64,000 nt of DNA, from NCBI GenBank assembly GCA_934183325.1, contig CAKPSH010000005.1, forward strand, positions 7,749 to 71,748. The letters run 5' to 3'. The stretch's first letter is position 1. Every line of letters begins with the position of its first letter. This DNA comes from an uncultured Clostridia bacterium. GTDB lineage: Bacteria; Bacillota; Clostridia; TANB77; CAG-508. Both the position numbers and the translations under genes were made by a program. A model generated the notes under the pieces. It worked only from the letters and a program-made list of their open reading frames with translations. It did no database searches and had not been told where the DNA came from. Below, in pieces: positions 1 through 9,208 of the stretch.

Positions 1-385
1 CTGGAATCTTTACATCAATTTCATATTTATCTTCCTCTTGTTTCTCTTTTTTTGCATAAGATGTAAATATAATATCATTATCAATTATACTTTTATTATT
101 TATAGTTATTGTTTGCCCTTGATAATTAATCTTATTATCAAATAATTCTAAAAAATCTGGTATATGCTGCTCATTTGTATTATCTTCACTTGGAGGTGTT
201 TTAGGTTCCTCTAACTGTTTTATTTGAATAATCATCGTAATAATTATTGATAAAGCACAAATAATAATTATTATAGCTAATAATACTTTTCTTTTCTTTT
301 TTTCATCTTTGTCTACTACTGGTATATCTTCTATCATTTTAATTTTAATAGTCCTAATTTTTAGACTATTTTCCTCCTTTGCCAT
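1..385 (-). CDS. Hypothetical membrane-anchored protein (3' part; gene continues upstream of window start)
   Basis: Reverse-strand ATG at 383-385 (MAKEENSLKIRTIKIKMIEDIP...), followed by a hydrophobic anchor (LLAIIIIICALSIIITMII). Reads open to position 1. Not in the ORF track because it is truncated by the window edge. Confidence 0.35.
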   Translation of the reverse strand, partial: MAKEENSLKIRTIKIKMIEDIPVVDKDEKKKRKVLLAIIIIICALSIIITMIIQIKQLEEPKTPPSEDNTNEQHIPDFLELFDNKINYQGQTITINNKSIIDNDIIFTSYAKKEKQEEDKYEIDVKIP

Positions 386-486
386 TTATTCTTTTTTATT
401 ATACCATTAATTATAAAGTCTGTCTATCTTGACTTTTATTATTTTTTAGTGTATTATAATTTTTACTGAGAAAGGAGTAATATAAT

Positions 487-2790
487 ATGTTATGTTCAAT
501 ATGCAATAAGAAAAAAGCCGTGATATTTACTGAAGATCCTAACAGTCCAGATCCACATAAATTAATAGGATATTGTGCTGATTGTGCTAAATTAAAAGGT
601 ATTACTGGTGATACTTCTAACAATGATAAAAACGTTAATAATATGGCATCTCAAATTGAGGAAATGCTTAATGATATCTCTTCTCAATTAAATAATATCG
701 ATGTTGATGCTGATATAAATATAGATGATGCAAATTCAGAAAATCAGTTTTCTGGAACTGCAATTCCAATAGGTGCTATTTTTGGAAATTTCTTTAATAA
801 ACAATCAAACAGCGAGAATACTGAAGAAGGTTCAAATAATAATTCTAATAAACGTACAAAAGTTGAAAAAAAATCTAATAATAAAAAGCGCAGAGTTCTA
901 GATATTTATGGTACTAATTTAACTTTAAAAGCAAAGAACAATGAACTTGATGCAGTAATAGGCAGAGATAAAGAACTTCAAAGAGTAATCCAAATTTTAA
1001 ATAGACGTTCTAAAAATAATCCTTGTTTAATTGGTGAACCAGGTGTTGGTAAAACTGCAATCGCTCAAGGACTAGCTATTAAAATTTCAGAAAAAAAAGT
1101 ACCCACAAAATTGTTAAATAAAGAAGTATATTTATTAGATATGACTTCTGTTGTCGCTGGTACACAGTTTAGAGGTCAATTTGAATCAAGAATGAAAAAT
1201 ATTATTGAAGAATGTAAATCTCTAGGCAATATTATTTTAGTAATTGATGAAATTCATAATATAATTGGTGCTGGAGATAGTGAAGGCTCTATGAATGCGG
1301 CTAATATATTAAAACCATCTCTTGCAAATGGAGAAATTCAATTAATAGGAACAACAACTTTAAAAGAATATAGAAAATATATTGAAAAAGACACAGCTCT
1401 TGAAAGACGTTTCCAAGCAGTTTTAGTAGAAGAACCTAACATCTCTTCTACAATCGAAATCTTAAAAGGTATAAAGAAATATTACGAGGATTTTCATAGA
1501 GTAAAAATTTCAGATGATATTATTGCTCAAACTGTATATTTATCTGAAAAATATATTCATGATAGATTTTTACCAGACAAAGCAATTGATATTTTAGATG
1601 AAGCTTGTTCGCGAATTAACCTAAACAATAAAGAACTATATACCTTGGAAACTTTGAAAAATGAATTAAAACAAGTTCAAGAAGAAAAAAGTGAAGCTGC
1701 TCAAGCTGATTCAACAGAGGATTATCAAAAAGCTGCAGATTTAAAAACAAAGGAATGTAAATTAAATGAACAAATTTTAGAATTAGAGAAGGTAATTCAA
1801 CCTAAAGATTTAACATTACAAGACATTGCCATTGTAATTGAAAACTGGACTAAAATTCCACTAACAAAGATTACAGAAGAGGAAACAACTAAATTGTTAA
1901 ATCTAGAAAATAGATTACATGAAAGAATTATTGGGCAAGAAGAAGCCGTTGAAGCTGTTAGCCGTACTATTCGTAGAAATAGAGCTGGACTTAAATCAAC
2001 AAAAAGACCACCTTCTTTTATGTTTGTTGGTCCAACAGGTGTTGGTAAAACAGCATTAGCAAAAGCATTAGCTTTTGAAATGTTTGGTAATGAAGATTCT
2101 ATAATTAGAATAGATATGTCTGAATATATGGAAAGTAATTCAACTGCTAAATTGATTGGTGCCCCTCCAGGATATGTAGGATATGATGATGCAGGTCAAC
2201 TTACTGAAAAAGTAAAGCGAAAACCTTATTCAATAATTTTATTTGATGAAATTGAAAAAGCTCATAATGACGTATTTAATATATTATTACAGGTATTAGA
2301 TGATGGAAAATTGACAGATTCTCAAGGTAATACTGTAAGTTTTGAAAATACTATTATTATAATGACATCAAATATTGGTTCTAATCTAAATACCAATGCA
2401 ATTGGTTTTAATAATGAAAACACCGCTAATAAAAATAAAATATTAGATATAGTTAAGTCTTCTTTTAGACCTGAATTTGTTAATAGAATTGATGAAATTA
2501 TAGTATTTGATAGTTTAAATAAAAATCAATTATTAAAAATAGTAGATTTAATGTTAAAAGATACAATCAATGCTTTAGCTCAAAAAAATATGACATTAGA
2601 TATTTCTAATGAAGCTAAAGAATATATACTTGAAAAAGGTACTGACCTAAAATATGGTGCTAGACCATTAAGACGTGCTATTCAAAGATATTTAGAAGAT
2701 GAAATTGCCGAAAGAATATTACGTTCTGAATATGTAAATGGTCAAACTATTTATGTGAGTTTAGAAAATGGTAATTTAATATTCAAATAA
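487..2790 (+). CDS. clpE: ATP-dependent Clp protease ATP-binding subunit, ClpE-type (N-terminal CxxC...CxxC zinc ribbon, two AAA+ modules)
   Basis: N-terminus CSICNKKK...CADCAKLKG; Walker A GEPGVGKT and GPTGVGKT; Clp D2-small C-terminus (GARPLRRAIQ). RBS AAAGGAG upstream. Confidence 0.85.
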   Translation: MLCSICNKKKAVIFTEDPNSPDPHKLIGYCADCAKLKGITGDTSNNDKNVNNMASQIEEMLNDISSQLNNIDVDADINIDDANSENQFSGTAIPIGAIFGNFFNKQSNSENTEEGSNNNSNKRTKVEKKSNNKKRRVLDIYGTNLTLKAKNNELDAVIGRDKELQRVIQILNRRSKNNPCLIGEPGVGKTAIAQGLAIKISEKKVPTKLLNKEVYLLDMTSVVAGTQFRGQFESRMKNIIEECKSLGNIILVIDEIHNIIGAGDSEGSMNAANILKPSLANGEIQLIGTTTLKEYRKYIEKDTALERRFQAVLVEEPNISSTIEILKGIKKYYEDFHRVKISDDIIAQTVYLSEKYIHDRFLPDKAIDILDEACSRINLNNKELYTLETLKNELKQVQEEKSEAAQADSTEDYQKAADLKTKECKLNEQILELEKVIQPKDLTLQDIAIVIENWTKIPLTKITEEETTKLLNLENRLHERIIGQEEAVEAVSRTIRRNRAGLKSTKRPPSFMFVGPTGVGKTALAKALAFEMFGNEDSIIRIDMSEYMESNSTAKLIGAPPGYVGYDDAGQLTEKVKRKPYSIILFDEIEKAHNDVFNILLQVLDDGKLTDSQGNTVSFENTIIIMTSNIGSNLNTNAIGFNNENTANKNKILDIVKSSFRPEFVNRIDEIIVFDSLNKNQLLKIVDLMLKDTINALAQKNMTLDISNEAKEYILEKGTDLKYGARPLRRAIQRYLEDEIAERILRSEYVNGQTIYVSLENGNLIFK

Positions 2791-2815
2791 TAAAAATAAG
2801 ATTTTTTGGGTTAAT

Positions 2816-3079
2816 TTATACTCCAGAAAATCTTACTTTTTTTATAATTATTTCATAATTAATTTTATTTTCATAACTTTTTCCTGATAAAGCACTAATT
2901 TCTGCTAACATTCCTGCAACAAAAGCAATAGCATCTTTACTTATGCTTTTGTTATTATCCATATGCTGTGGCATATTATATATAATCTCATTATATATAC
3001 CTCTAGGTATTTTATCTATATATTTTTTTCCCATTTTTTGTAATATTAAATATATTTCACCATATGTTTCTTTATTCAT
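2816..3079 (-). CDS. Hypothetical small protein (87 aa)
   Basis: ORF with a weak GGAG RBS. No recognisable motif. Confidence 0.4.
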   Translation of the reverse strand: MNKETYGEIYLILQKMGKKYIDKIPRGIYNEIIYNMPQHMDNNKSISKDAIAFVAGMLAEISALSGKSYENKINYEIIIKKVRFSGV

Positions 3080-3138
3080 TAGTTATCTCCATTTTTATCC
3101 TATTTATCAATTTTATTATACATTATATTTAATTATTT

Positions 3139-3690
3139 TTATTCAAAATCTTGTAGAACTTCTGTAAGTTTATCACTTCCATAAATGTAAATTCCAGTCT
3201 GTAAGTTTTCTTTATCTGTTTCTGGCAAATATTCGACTGCAATATCTGTAGATAAATAAATCTGTTCTTTATTTCCTTCATCAATACTAAATACAGTTAT
3301 ATATCCCCCAATATTTCTTAATACATAATGTTCCTCACAATAATCATCTTCATTTTTTATGAGTACTATTTCTTCCCTACTAAATTTTTCAAGCTTCCAT
3401 TCTTTATAGATTTCCTTTAATTCTTCTTTTGTTAAATTCACTAATTTTTCTGGTACTTTCTTTGTCTTTTGTTTTGTATGTGCACATTTATTATATGTCT
3501 TCTTAAAAGTTATGATTGCATTAGGGCTAACTCTTTCTTCACTGTTTGAAACATCTTTAGTGACAGTTTTATCATCATTTACTTGTGGATTACTATTATA
3601 ATACTTTGCAAATATGCTTTTACCTATGTAAAATGATCCTACAAATATTAAAATAATTCCTATAGTATATACTAATATTTTATTTTTCAT
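3139..3690 (-). CDS. Hypothetical N-terminally membrane-anchored protein
   Basis: ATG start with GGGGAG RBS. One N-terminal TM (ILVYTIGIILIFVGSFYIG), then a soluble domain. Confidence 0.5.
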   Translation of the reverse strand: MKNKILVYTIGIILIFVGSFYIGKSIFAKYYNSNPQVNDDKTVTKDVSNSEERVSPNAIITFKKTYNKCAHTKQKTKKVPEKLVNLTKEELKEIYKEWKLEKFSREEIVLIKNEDDYCEEHYVLRNIGGYITVFSIDEGNKEQIYLSTDIAVEYLPETDKENLQTGIYIYGSDKLTEVLQDFE

Positions 3691-3750
3691 AATAAAAAAC
3701 TCCCCTTTGGCTTTTCCTATATTATTGCCAAAAGAGAGGTTGTTTATTCT

Positions 3751-4875
3751 CTATTTTTCAATTGTAAATTTATTATTTCTTTCAGTAATAAAATCCTCAA
3801 TTCCTAATTTTATTACTGTAACTATTGGAACAGCTAAAAACATTCCTATAATTCCAAAATATGCTCCAAATAAAGTAACTGAGAAAATTACAAGTATTGG
3901 ACTTATATTTAATGATGTTCCTGTTATTCTAGGATTAATTATATTCGCATCAATTTGCTGTAAAACAATTACAACTATAGCCATCCATATTGCTTGGCTT
4001 ATACCTCCTGTAAACACAGTGATAAGTATTGCAACAACAACTGCTATTACAGCTCCTAAATAAGGAATTAAATTAAATAAACCAATCATAAATCCTAATA
4101 AAACTGAGTATTTAACGTGTAAAATGCTCATTGCTATTGAAGTTAAAATGCCAACAATTATCCCATCAAGTAACTGACTAGATAAAAATTTGAAAAACAC
4201 TTCATTTGATCTTCTGAAATTCTTTCCTAAATTTTTATATGTATCATTTTTAAATATAGCTTTACACAATCTCCTTGCAAAAGATAAAATATCAGTTCTT
4301 TCGGCTAATAGATATATTGATATTACTAATGTTACAAAAACATCAAATAATGTAGTTGCAAAACCAATTACTCCCTTAATATATTGTCCTATATTTTCCA
4401 TACTAAAATATTGTCCTAAATCTATTGCACCTAATCCTTCAATTAATTGTACTGCATTTATTTTCTTTAATATTGAATCCTCTGGCATTTCATTAATCAT
4501 ATCTATTGCACTTTTATAGTAATTAGGTAAATTACTTACTAAATCCATTACACTTTCTGAAACACTTGGAATAACAAACTTTATTATTAATAAGCAAGCA
4601 ATAATTGCTATTAAATATACAATAATTATTGACATCCATCTTGCTTTTTTCTTAAAGCCTATCTTTCTTAATTTTCCTTCTAGACCTCTACATGGTATAT
4701 AAAATAAATATGCAATTATAACTGCCATAATAAAAGGGTATAACGTGTTAATTAAACCTTTTATCCAATTAGTAATATCTGAGAAGTTATCTAATGTTTT
4801 ATATACTGCTATTACTGCTACTGCAAATGTAAACCAATAAATCCACTTGGTTATAACTCTTTTTTCTTTTTCCAT
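3751..4875 (-). CDS. AI-2E family transporter (UPF0118/PerM-like permease)
   Basis: Polytopic membrane protein with the family-typical C-terminal region (LGAVIAVVVAIL...QQIDANIINPRITG...AVPI). Confidence 0.8.
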   Translation of the reverse strand: MEKEKRVITKWIYWFTFAVAVIAVYKTLDNFSDITNWIKGLINTLYPFIMAVIIAYLFYIPCRGLEGKLRKIGFKKKARWMSIIIVYLIAIIACLLIIKFVIPSVSESVMDLVSNLPNYYKSAIDMINEMPEDSILKKINAVQLIEGLGAIDLGQYFSMENIGQYIKGVIGFATTLFDVFVTLVISIYLLAERTDILSFARRLCKAIFKNDTYKNLGKNFRRSNEVFFKFLSSQLLDGIIVGILTSIAMSILHVKYSVLLGFMIGLFNLIPYLGAVIAVVVAILITVFTGGISQAIWMAIVVIVLQQIDANIINPRITGTSLNISPILVIFSVTLFGAYFGIIGMFLAVPIVTVIKLGIEDFITERNNKFTIEK

Positions 4876-4893
4876 TTTTGTTTCCTTTCTATA

Positions 4894-5649
4894 TTAAATT
4901 TCTATTTCAAGTCCTATTGGACAATGGTCACTTCCTAAAATATTGTCATAAATTATAGCATCTTTTATATTTTTCTTTAATGATTTTGATGTAATAAAAT
5001 AATCTATTCTCCACCCAACATTTTTTTCTCTTGCATGAAACATATAGGACCACCAAGTATATACATTTTCTTTATCTGGATATAAATATCTAAATGTATC
5101 TATAAATCCAGCATTTAATAATTCTGACATTTTTCCTCTTTCTTCATTAGTAAATCCTGCATTTCCCACATTTGTTTTTGGATTTTTTAAATCAATTTCA
5201 TTATGTGCAACATTTAAATCTCCACACATTATTACTGGCTTTACTTTATTTAATTCTAGTAAATAATTTCTAAAAGCATCTTCCCATACCATTCTGTACT
5301 CTAATCTCTCTAATCCTCTTTTTGCATTAGGAGTATAACAATTAACTAAATAAAATTTTTCAAACTCAAGAGTTATCACTCTTCCCTCTTGATCATGTTC
5401 TTCTATTCCTATTCCATAACTCACATTCAATGGTTCTTTTTTTGTAAAAATCGCTGTTCCTGAATATCCTTTTTTCAGAGCACTATTCCAATATTGTTTA
5501 TATCCTTCAAAATTAATATCAGCTTGTCCGGGTTGCATTTTTGTTTCTTGGATACAAAATATATCTGCTTCTTCTTCCTCGAAGAAATCATTGAACCCTT
5601 TTGTAATAGCAGCTCTTATTCCATTTACATTCCAAGAGATTAACTTCAT
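4894..5649 (-). CDS. xth: Exodeoxyribonuclease III
   Basis: MKLISWNVNGIRAA...SDHCPIGLEI. Start moved to the ATG at 5647-5649: the track's upstream start is a GTG inside the GAAGGAGTG RBS. Confidence 0.85.
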   Translation of the reverse strand: MKLISWNVNGIRAAITKGFNDFFEEEEADIFCIQETKMQPGQADINFEGYKQYWNSALKKGYSGTAIFTKKEPLNVSYGIGIEEHDQEGRVITLEFEKFYLVNCYTPNAKRGLERLEYRMVWEDAFRNYLLELNKVKPVIMCGDLNVAHNEIDLKNPKTNVGNAGFTNEERGKMSELLNAGFIDTFRYLYPDKENVYTWWSYMFHAREKNVGWRIDYFITSKSLKKNIKDAIIYDNILGSDHCPIGLEIEI

Positions 5650-5738
5650 TATAATCACTCCTTCATACTAGAAAGTTCAAATAACTTTCTTCTCGTATAT
5701 ATAAATTTAGGACGCTTATTTATCGCGTCCCTCATTCG

Positions 5739-6755
5739 TTATCTTACATATATATAACATTCTAAATTTCTTCTTCCAAAGTTTACACATTCATTATAGG
5801 TATTCATATATACATCTAATTTATTATCTTTTATTGCTCCACCTCTATCTTGTACCATAAACCATCCGCCATTTGGTTGATTTGAGAAATATGGTATATA
5901 AATAATTGTTCCTACTGGATAAGATTTTCCTGCTGCTACAGTATACCAAGCTGATGCCATTGCACCTGAAGATGTTTTTCCATAAGATGGTGATGATGGA
6001 CTTTTTCCACAAGTTGATGCAGTATATGCTGATGTATTTAATGTTTTTACTTTTGGTTCAATTCCTTCAACTAAACTTGATAATTTTTCTGCTGTATTGC
6101 TTCCATTTGTATTAGTTACTCTTGAGGTTGTAGAACTTCTAGTTGATACTACTGCTACTGAAACCACTTCATTTACTGGTTCTTTAATTATACTTTCATC
6201 AAGTGTAATCTTTTCTATTTCAATGTCATTCTTATATTTTACTTTATTAATAATTTGTTTTACACCATTCGTTCCTTTTTTTACAGTCTTATAATTCTCT
6301 TTAGAATTTTCTACATCGACTTCTTTTCCTTTTTTGTTTACAATTGAATACGGAATTTCTTCTGTTTCAGTAATTATTTTCTCAACTATTGGGGAATAAT
6401 TAGACAATAATTGTTCCATTGAAACCCCATTATATTCATCAGCTAGTTTTACTATTTCTACAGCTTTTTCTGTAGATGAAATAGTAATTATAGAATTTTT
6501 ATCATTTATTTCTGACTCTAAATTTGGAACTACATTTTCTGTTGGTAAAACAATGATATGATTTTCTTCTAATATCTCTGACACAACTTTTTTAGTTGTT
6601 ATCACCTCTATTTGATAATTATCTGCAAGTACTATTTTAACAGTGTGAATATTTGCAGTTGTAGCTTTTACACCTAATCCTAATAAAAATATTAAAACTA
6701 ATGTTATAAGAGCTATCTTTTTTATCGACAAGGATGCTTGTTCATTTTCTTTCAT
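5739..6755 (-). CDS. 3D-domain cell-wall-binding protein (YabE-like: TM anchor, DUF348/G5-like region, C-terminal 3D domain)
   Basis: C-terminal YPVGTIIYIP...WFMVQDRGGAIKDNKLDVYM is a 3D/MltA-like signature. Conserved position upstream of ksgA, as yabE is in Bacilli. Confidence 0.75.
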   Translation of the reverse strand: MKENEQASLSIKKIALITLVLIFLLGLGVKATTANIHTVKIVLADNYQIEVITTKKVVSEILEENHIIVLPTENVVPNLESEINDKNSIITISSTEKAVEIVKLADEYNGVSMEQLLSNYSPIVEKIITETEEIPYSIVNKKGKEVDVENSKENYKTVKKGTNGVKQIINKVKYKNDIEIEKITLDESIIKEPVNEVVSVAVVSTRSSTTSRVTNTNGSNTAEKLSSLVEGIEPKVKTLNTSAYTASTCGKSPSSPSYGKTSSGAMASAWYTVAAGKSYPVGTIIYIPYFSNQPNGGWFMVQDRGGAIKDNKLDVYMNTYNECVNFGRRNLECYIYVR

Positions 6756-6887
6756 AAGTTTCTTTTACCTCCTCTGTAGATAGGTAAATTATACTATTAA
6801 TCTTCTACATTGTCAAATTCTTTTCGTTTTCAATATTTTAGCTTTGTCATTGATTTTCAACGTTTTTTTACTAATTGTATCAATAAA

Positions 6888-7745
6888 TTATTTTTCAATT
6901 TTATTAGCAATTTTAGCAAAATCCTCTAAGCTTAATTCCTCTCCTCTAATTCTTTCATCAAAATTTAGTTCATCAAATATTTTTTTAATTTCTTCTTTAT
7001 TTTTAAATAAATCGCACTTAGATAAAGCATTTAACAGTGTTTTTCTTCTTTGCATAAAAGCATACTTTATTATCTTGAATAATTTCTTTTCACTTTCTAC
7101 TTTTATTGGAGGCTCTTTTCTTATTTTCAATTTTATGACTTCTGAATCAACTTCTGGAGCTGGTATAAATGAAGTATTTTTAACTTCTAAGACCTTATAT
7201 GCCTCTGCATAATAATAAATAGAATATGTAATAGCTCCGCTTTGCTTTTCTCCTGGAATAGCACATAATCTTTCTGCTACTTCTTTTTGTATCATAACAG
7301 TAATACTTTCTAAATCTAACCTGCTCTCTAGTAATTTCATAATTATTGGTGTTGTAATGTAATATGGCAAATTTGCTACTATTTTTGCTTCTTTAATTTC
7401 ATTATTTTCTTTTTCACTTTTAATTATATTCACTAAATCAACTTTTAAGACATCATCATTTATTATTTCAAAATTATTAAATAAAGAAAATCTTTCCTCT
7501 AAAATTTCTACCATTCTACTATCTAATTCTATTGCTATAACTTTTTTTGCTTTTTTTAATAGTTCATTTGTTAATGTTCCAAGACCTGGTCCTATTTCTA
7601 TTACCAAATCCTCTTTTGAAATCTCTGCACTTTCTACTATTCTTTCAACAGCTTCATCACTTACTAAAAAATTTTGTCCAAGCGATTTATTTGCACGGAT
7701 TCCATATTTTTTCATTATAAACTTTGTTTCATCATATATATTCAT
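6888..7745 (-). CDS. rsmA: 16S rRNA (adenine1518/1519-N6)-dimethyltransferase RsmA/KsgA
   Basis: MNIYDETKFIMKKYGIRANKSLGQNFL... is the canonical KsgA N-terminus. True start is the ATG at 7743-7745 (RBS AAAGGGTG); the track's ORF is over-extended by 20 codons. Confidence 0.9.
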   Translation of the reverse strand: MNIYDETKFIMKKYGIRANKSLGQNFLVSDEAVERIVESAEISKEDLVIEIGPGLGTLTNELLKKAKKVIAIELDSRMVEILEERFSLFNNFEIINDDVLKVDLVNIIKSEKENNEIKEAKIVANLPYYITTPIIMKLLESRLDLESITVMIQKEVAERLCAIPGEKQSGAITYSIYYYAEAYKVLEVKNTSFIPAPEVDSEVIKLKIRKEPPIKVESEKKLFKIIKYAFMQRRKTLLNALSKCDLFKNKEEIKKIFDELNFDERIRGEELSLEDFAKIANKIEK

Positions 7746-7758
7746 ATTATTACACCCT

Positions 7759-7796
7759 TTTAAAAAATAGGGAGAAGGCTCCTTATGCCTTCCCCC
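7759..7796 (-). terminator. Rho-independent terminator between the hypothetical gene and rsmA
   Basis: GC-rich hairpin GGGGGAAGGC/GCCTTCTCCC (one mismatch) followed by UAUUUUUUAAAA on the minus strand. Confidence 0.5.
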
Positions 7797-7811
7797 GTTT
7801 TGCATGTTTTT

Positions 7812-8300
7812 TTATTCTTGTTTCTTTATTTCAAAAGTCATATTATATAACTCATTCCTCGCAAAGCTATACTCTGAACTTGCTTCTCTCCATTTTTCCT
7901 GTGCTTCTTCAAACTCGGGGAGCGTGAAGTTTTTTTCTTCTTCTGCCTTTCGTCTAGCAACCTCCATTTCATTTTTTAGCTCATCCATTTTTTGTCTTTT
8001 TTCGATTACATCAGCAGATTTTGCTAAAATTTGCTTAGATAATGCTTCTTTTCCGTGAAGTTGTGCCCATTGAATATTCTCCTGAATTACACTTTCAACA
8101 TACTGTTCATTAGCTTCGGCTAATAACATTTCTGGTGTTTTTTCAGGCAACTGCTCTTCTACACTCTCACTTTGTTTTTCTTTTACAGGCTGTTCTATTA
8201 CCATTTGTGTTGCAACACAAACCAAGCAGAAACTGCTTGCTAATATAACTAGCAATAAAAGAAGTACTGGAAATTTGCTTTTTTTTCTTCTTGCTCGCAT
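7812..8300 (-). CDS. Hypothetical exported/membrane-anchored coiled-coil protein
   Basis: Good RBS (AGAGGAGAC). N-terminal basic/hydrophobic signal-anchor (MRARRKKSKFPVLLLLLVILASSF), then a charged helical region. Local GC is above the genome background. Confidence 0.55.
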   Translation of the reverse strand: MRARRKKSKFPVLLLLLVILASSFCLVCVATQMVIEQPVKEKQSESVEEQLPEKTPEMLLAEANEQYVESVIQENIQWAQLHGKEALSKQILAKSADVIEKRQKMDELKNEMEVARRKAEEEKNFTLPEFEEAQEKWREASSEYSFARNELYNMTFEIKKQE

Positions 8301-8402
8301 TTCAAGATGTCTCCTCTAAAGTCTAAACATGCATATATACGCAAGCCAATCAGCCTGTTTTCAATGCAAATGATTTAATTATTATATCATATTTTTTTCT
8401 AA

Positions 8403-9197
8403 TTAGCAAGGTTTTATTTTTCTTCTAACATATTCATAGGCAATTATACTTGTTGCAACAGCAGCATTTAAACTTTCTGTCTTTCCTAACATTGGTATTT
8501 TTATTTTTTCGTCTGCAATGTCTAAAACAGCTTGAGAAACTCCATTTGCCTCATTTCCAATTACTATCATCTTTTTTGTATAATCTATATCATAAATATT
8601 ATCTGTTGCTTCAAGTGAAGTTACTAATATTTCATATTTGTGTTTTTTGATATTTTTCATTGTTCTAATTATATCTTGTGATTCAATTACTTTAACTCTA
8701 AATATAGCTCCCATAGTAGAACGAACAACTTTAGGATTATATGCATCTACAGTGTCTTTTGAAACAATTACTTGAGAAAGTCCTGCACTATCAATAGTTC
8801 TTAAGATTGTTCCTAGATTTCCTGGATCTTGAATTCCATCTAACACAAATATAACATCATCATTATAGTTAATAACTTCTTCCCCATTTTCCATTTCAAT
8901 TACTGCTAACATTCCTTGTGGATTTTTTACATCTGTAATACTAGTAAACACTTTTTCATTAACATATATACAGTTATATTTAGCAATTTGATACAATAGC
9001 TTTTGTTCTATTGCTTCATTTTTTAAACATTCTTCGCAAACAATTATCATTTTAATTTTTGCATTTTCTGTAATCGCTTCTTCAATTAATTTTATTCCCT
9101 CAATTATATATTCCTTTTTTTCATCCCTATATTTTTTTTCTTTTAGCTTTTTTATATTTTTTATTATTTCATTATCTTTACTTGTGATTAACTGCAT
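8403..9197 (-). CDS. TrmH/SpoU-family RNA 2'-O-methyltransferase (RlmB/YacO-like)
   Basis: SpoU-family motifs (DGIQDPGNLGTILRT...; C-terminal ESLNAAVATSI). AGGAGG RBS. Confidence 0.8.
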   Translation of the reverse strand: MQLITSKDNEIIKNIKKLKEKKYRDEKKEYIIEGIKLIEEAITENAKIKMIIVCEECLKNEAIEQKLLYQIAKYNCIYVNEKVFTSITDVKNPQGMLAVIEMENGEEVINYNDDVIFVLDGIQDPGNLGTILRTIDSAGLSQVIVSKDTVDAYNPKVVRSTMGAIFRVKVIESQDIIRTMKNIKKHKYEILVTSLEATDNIYDIDYTKKMIVIGNEANGVSQAVLDIADEKIKIPMLGKTESLNAAVATSIIAYEYVRRKIKPC

Positions 9198-9208
9198 TAA
9201 TTTTCCTC

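Noticed and set aside
3707-4519. Plus-strand ORFs 3707-4063 and 4190-4519 overlapping the AI-2E transporter gene
   Set aside because: Antisense to a strongly supported membrane-protein gene. Hydrophobic shadow frames.
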